Positions 62,813 through 64,000 of a stretch of DNA of 64,000 nt are shown here, piece by piece (the stretch's first letter is position 1; each line of letters opens with the position of its first letter). The DNA lies in the NCBI GenBank assembly GCA_965262115.1, contig OZ253496.1, forward strand, positions 2,176,001 through 2,240,000. Reading direction: 5' to 3'. The notes under the pieces are model-generated. The model saw only the letters and a program-made list of their open reading frames with translations. It had not been told where the DNA came from and made no database searches. Made by a program: the position numbers and the translations under genes. This DNA comes from Nitrospinales bacterium (lineage in GTDB: Bacteria; Nitrospinota; Nitrospinia; Nitrospinales; VA-1).

Positions 62813-63050
62813 ATGGATTTTTTAGTGGAAGAACAGGTCTGGGCGATAGCGATGGTTGTTGTGGGCTCTTTTATCCTCAGTCTATGCGCCAAATGGGGAA
62901 AAGCACATGAGGAAGCCTTTAAGGACCCGCGCGATTACTACGGTAAAACTAAAGGAGATGAAACCCAAATCTACGCGGGGAAACATCATGACTGTGGTGG
63001 GTGGTGGCCTGTGCTTCGGCGGCATGACCCTCTTCTTGATACATATCTAA
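62813..63050 (+). pseudogene. Small two-TM membrane protein, probably frameshifted
   Basis: GGAG RBS then MDFLVEEQVWAIAMVVVG; second hydrophobic segment lies in another frame, joined by removing one A at ~62945-62948. Confidence 0.35.
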
Positions 63051-63216
63051 CTACTAGCCGTAAGGGCAAACTAACCCCGGTGAGCCGCCGATGGTAGCAC
63101 TGCATTGCCCATATAGCGGACGGAACACTCAAGCGCAACACTTTAGTAATCCTCCCCCTGATAACTCGAACAATAGGAGCACGTTTTGTTCGATGGAGCC
63201 GAGGGGGTTACTTAAA

Positions 63217-63283
63217 TTGTCATCGCCACGAAGCGGCGTGGCGATCCAGTCTCTGGATTGCTTCGTTGCACTCGCAATGACAA
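63217..63283. repeat. REP/RPE-like palindrome
   Basis: TTGTCATCGC...GCGATCCAG-tct-CTGGATTGC...GCAATGACAA. Confidence 0.65.
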
Positions 63284-63356
63284 GCTAAACCCTCTCCCAA
63301 CCTACCCTTGTCAGAGGAAAAACTTATCTTTGCTCATTTGCGTTTGCTACATTTTA

Positions 63357-63617
63357 TTATCTATAGGATTCTCTGCGGTGCAGGACACCGATTATGTCGA
63401 TGATTTTTTCTTCTTGCTGGATGGAATAGAGAATCCGGAAATCGCCGACACGGATTCTCCAGAGGTTCTTTTTACCTTTTAGTTTAATGCAACCTTGGGG
63501 GCGGGGTGTTTTGGCTAGGGACTCAATCTTTGGGAAAATTCTTGCAACAGTGGGGGAATCCAGTTTTTCCAGTTCTTGACGGGCGGATCGGGCAAAGGTG
63601 ATGGAAAAATCACTCAA
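63357..63617 (-). CDS. RelE/ParE family toxin
   Basis: PRPQGCIKLKG, WRIRVGDFRILY, HRRESYR. Confidence 0.92.
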   Translation of the reverse strand: MSDFSITFARSARQELEKLDSPTVARIFPKIESLAKTPRPQGCIKLKGKKNLWRIRVGDFRILYSIQQEEKIIDIIGVLHRRESYR

Positions 63618-63801
63618 CCAGATTGCCTCCGTTTTTTAGTTTTTCTTTCACCGCTTCCAGGGTTTCACGGGGTTCGTGGGCTCTCTGGTCGGCAATCAGG
63701 CTGTCTTCCAGATCCTCCCAGAGTTGGCCGTGTTGTTTCAGGTCGATAACCACTGCCTTTTTTTTGCCCTTGTCATCGATAATATATTCAATGCCTTCCA
63801 T
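63610..63801 (-). CDS. Cognate antitoxin
   Basis: YIIDDKGKKKAVVID...WEDLED; overlaps the toxin start; GGA RBS. Confidence 0.8.
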   Translation of the reverse strand: MEGIEYIIDDKGKKKAVVIDLKQHGQLWEDLEDSLIADQRAHEPRETLEAVKEKLKNGGNLVE

Positions 63802-63902
63802 CAGCTTTCCTTTCTCTGGACATTTTTGATAGTCCCGATATTTTACATGAGTATTGCTGGATTGAGAAAGAAAAGTTGTAATGACAAACCCCTGAATGTG
63901 AA

Positions 63903-63995
63903 TACCCCTACGGGGCATGAAGTCTAAGGTTAGTCATCACATCACCCCAGCCCTTCTGGTATCTCTTCATTAAGTCTTCATGCCCGGAACGGGTA
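63903..63995. repeat. Inverted pair of TACCC-N-GGGCATGAA hairpin repeats
   Basis: tacccctacggggcatgaag ... cttcatgcccggaacgggta; same motif at 28300, 35210, 35271. Confidence 0.65.
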
Positions 63996-64000
63996 CTTTG

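Noticed and set aside
1..64000. CRISPR array, rRNA or tRNA genes
   Set aside because: No regularly spaced repeat-spacer units and no recognisable rRNA or cloverleaf; the repeats found are dispersed or simple tandems

Overview
Bacterial chromosomal window. Gene content (a c-type cytochrome with an EB_dh/DOMON heme domain, many TPR and FGE-fold proteins, class II RNR) suggests a marine Nitrospinota-like nitrite oxidiser; this is inference, not a database result. Intact core genes (mpl, purSQLF, guaBA, nrdJ with tandem NrdR boxes, pstSCAB, msrB, miaA, trmN6) alternate with accessory patches. The strongest candidate for an undescribed system is a six-gene phosphodiester-biosynthesis island at 20.8-26.6 kb. 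It encodes a LicC-like cytidylyltransferase (frameshifted), a phosphoethanolamine-N-methyltransferase-like enzyme, inositol-3-phosphate synthase, a bifunctional IPCT/DIPPS, an HD-domain protein and a second CDP-alcohol phosphotransferase. Other notable items: an in-frame MiaA-TM-TPR-lytic transglycosylase fusion; a twice-repeated FGE-fold + MsrP-like gene pair with no msrQ, once behind a diheme/EB_dh cytochrome; a cluster-less radical-SAM relative paired with a true radical SAM; a 290-bp MITE with a 9-bp target duplication; an orientation-biased 40-bp repeat that supplies stop codons; a G14 tract switching off a DUF3179 gene; and many single-lesion pseudogenes confined to accessory genes. No rRNA, tRNA or CRISPR array was recognised. 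All family assignments come from motif recognition by eye.
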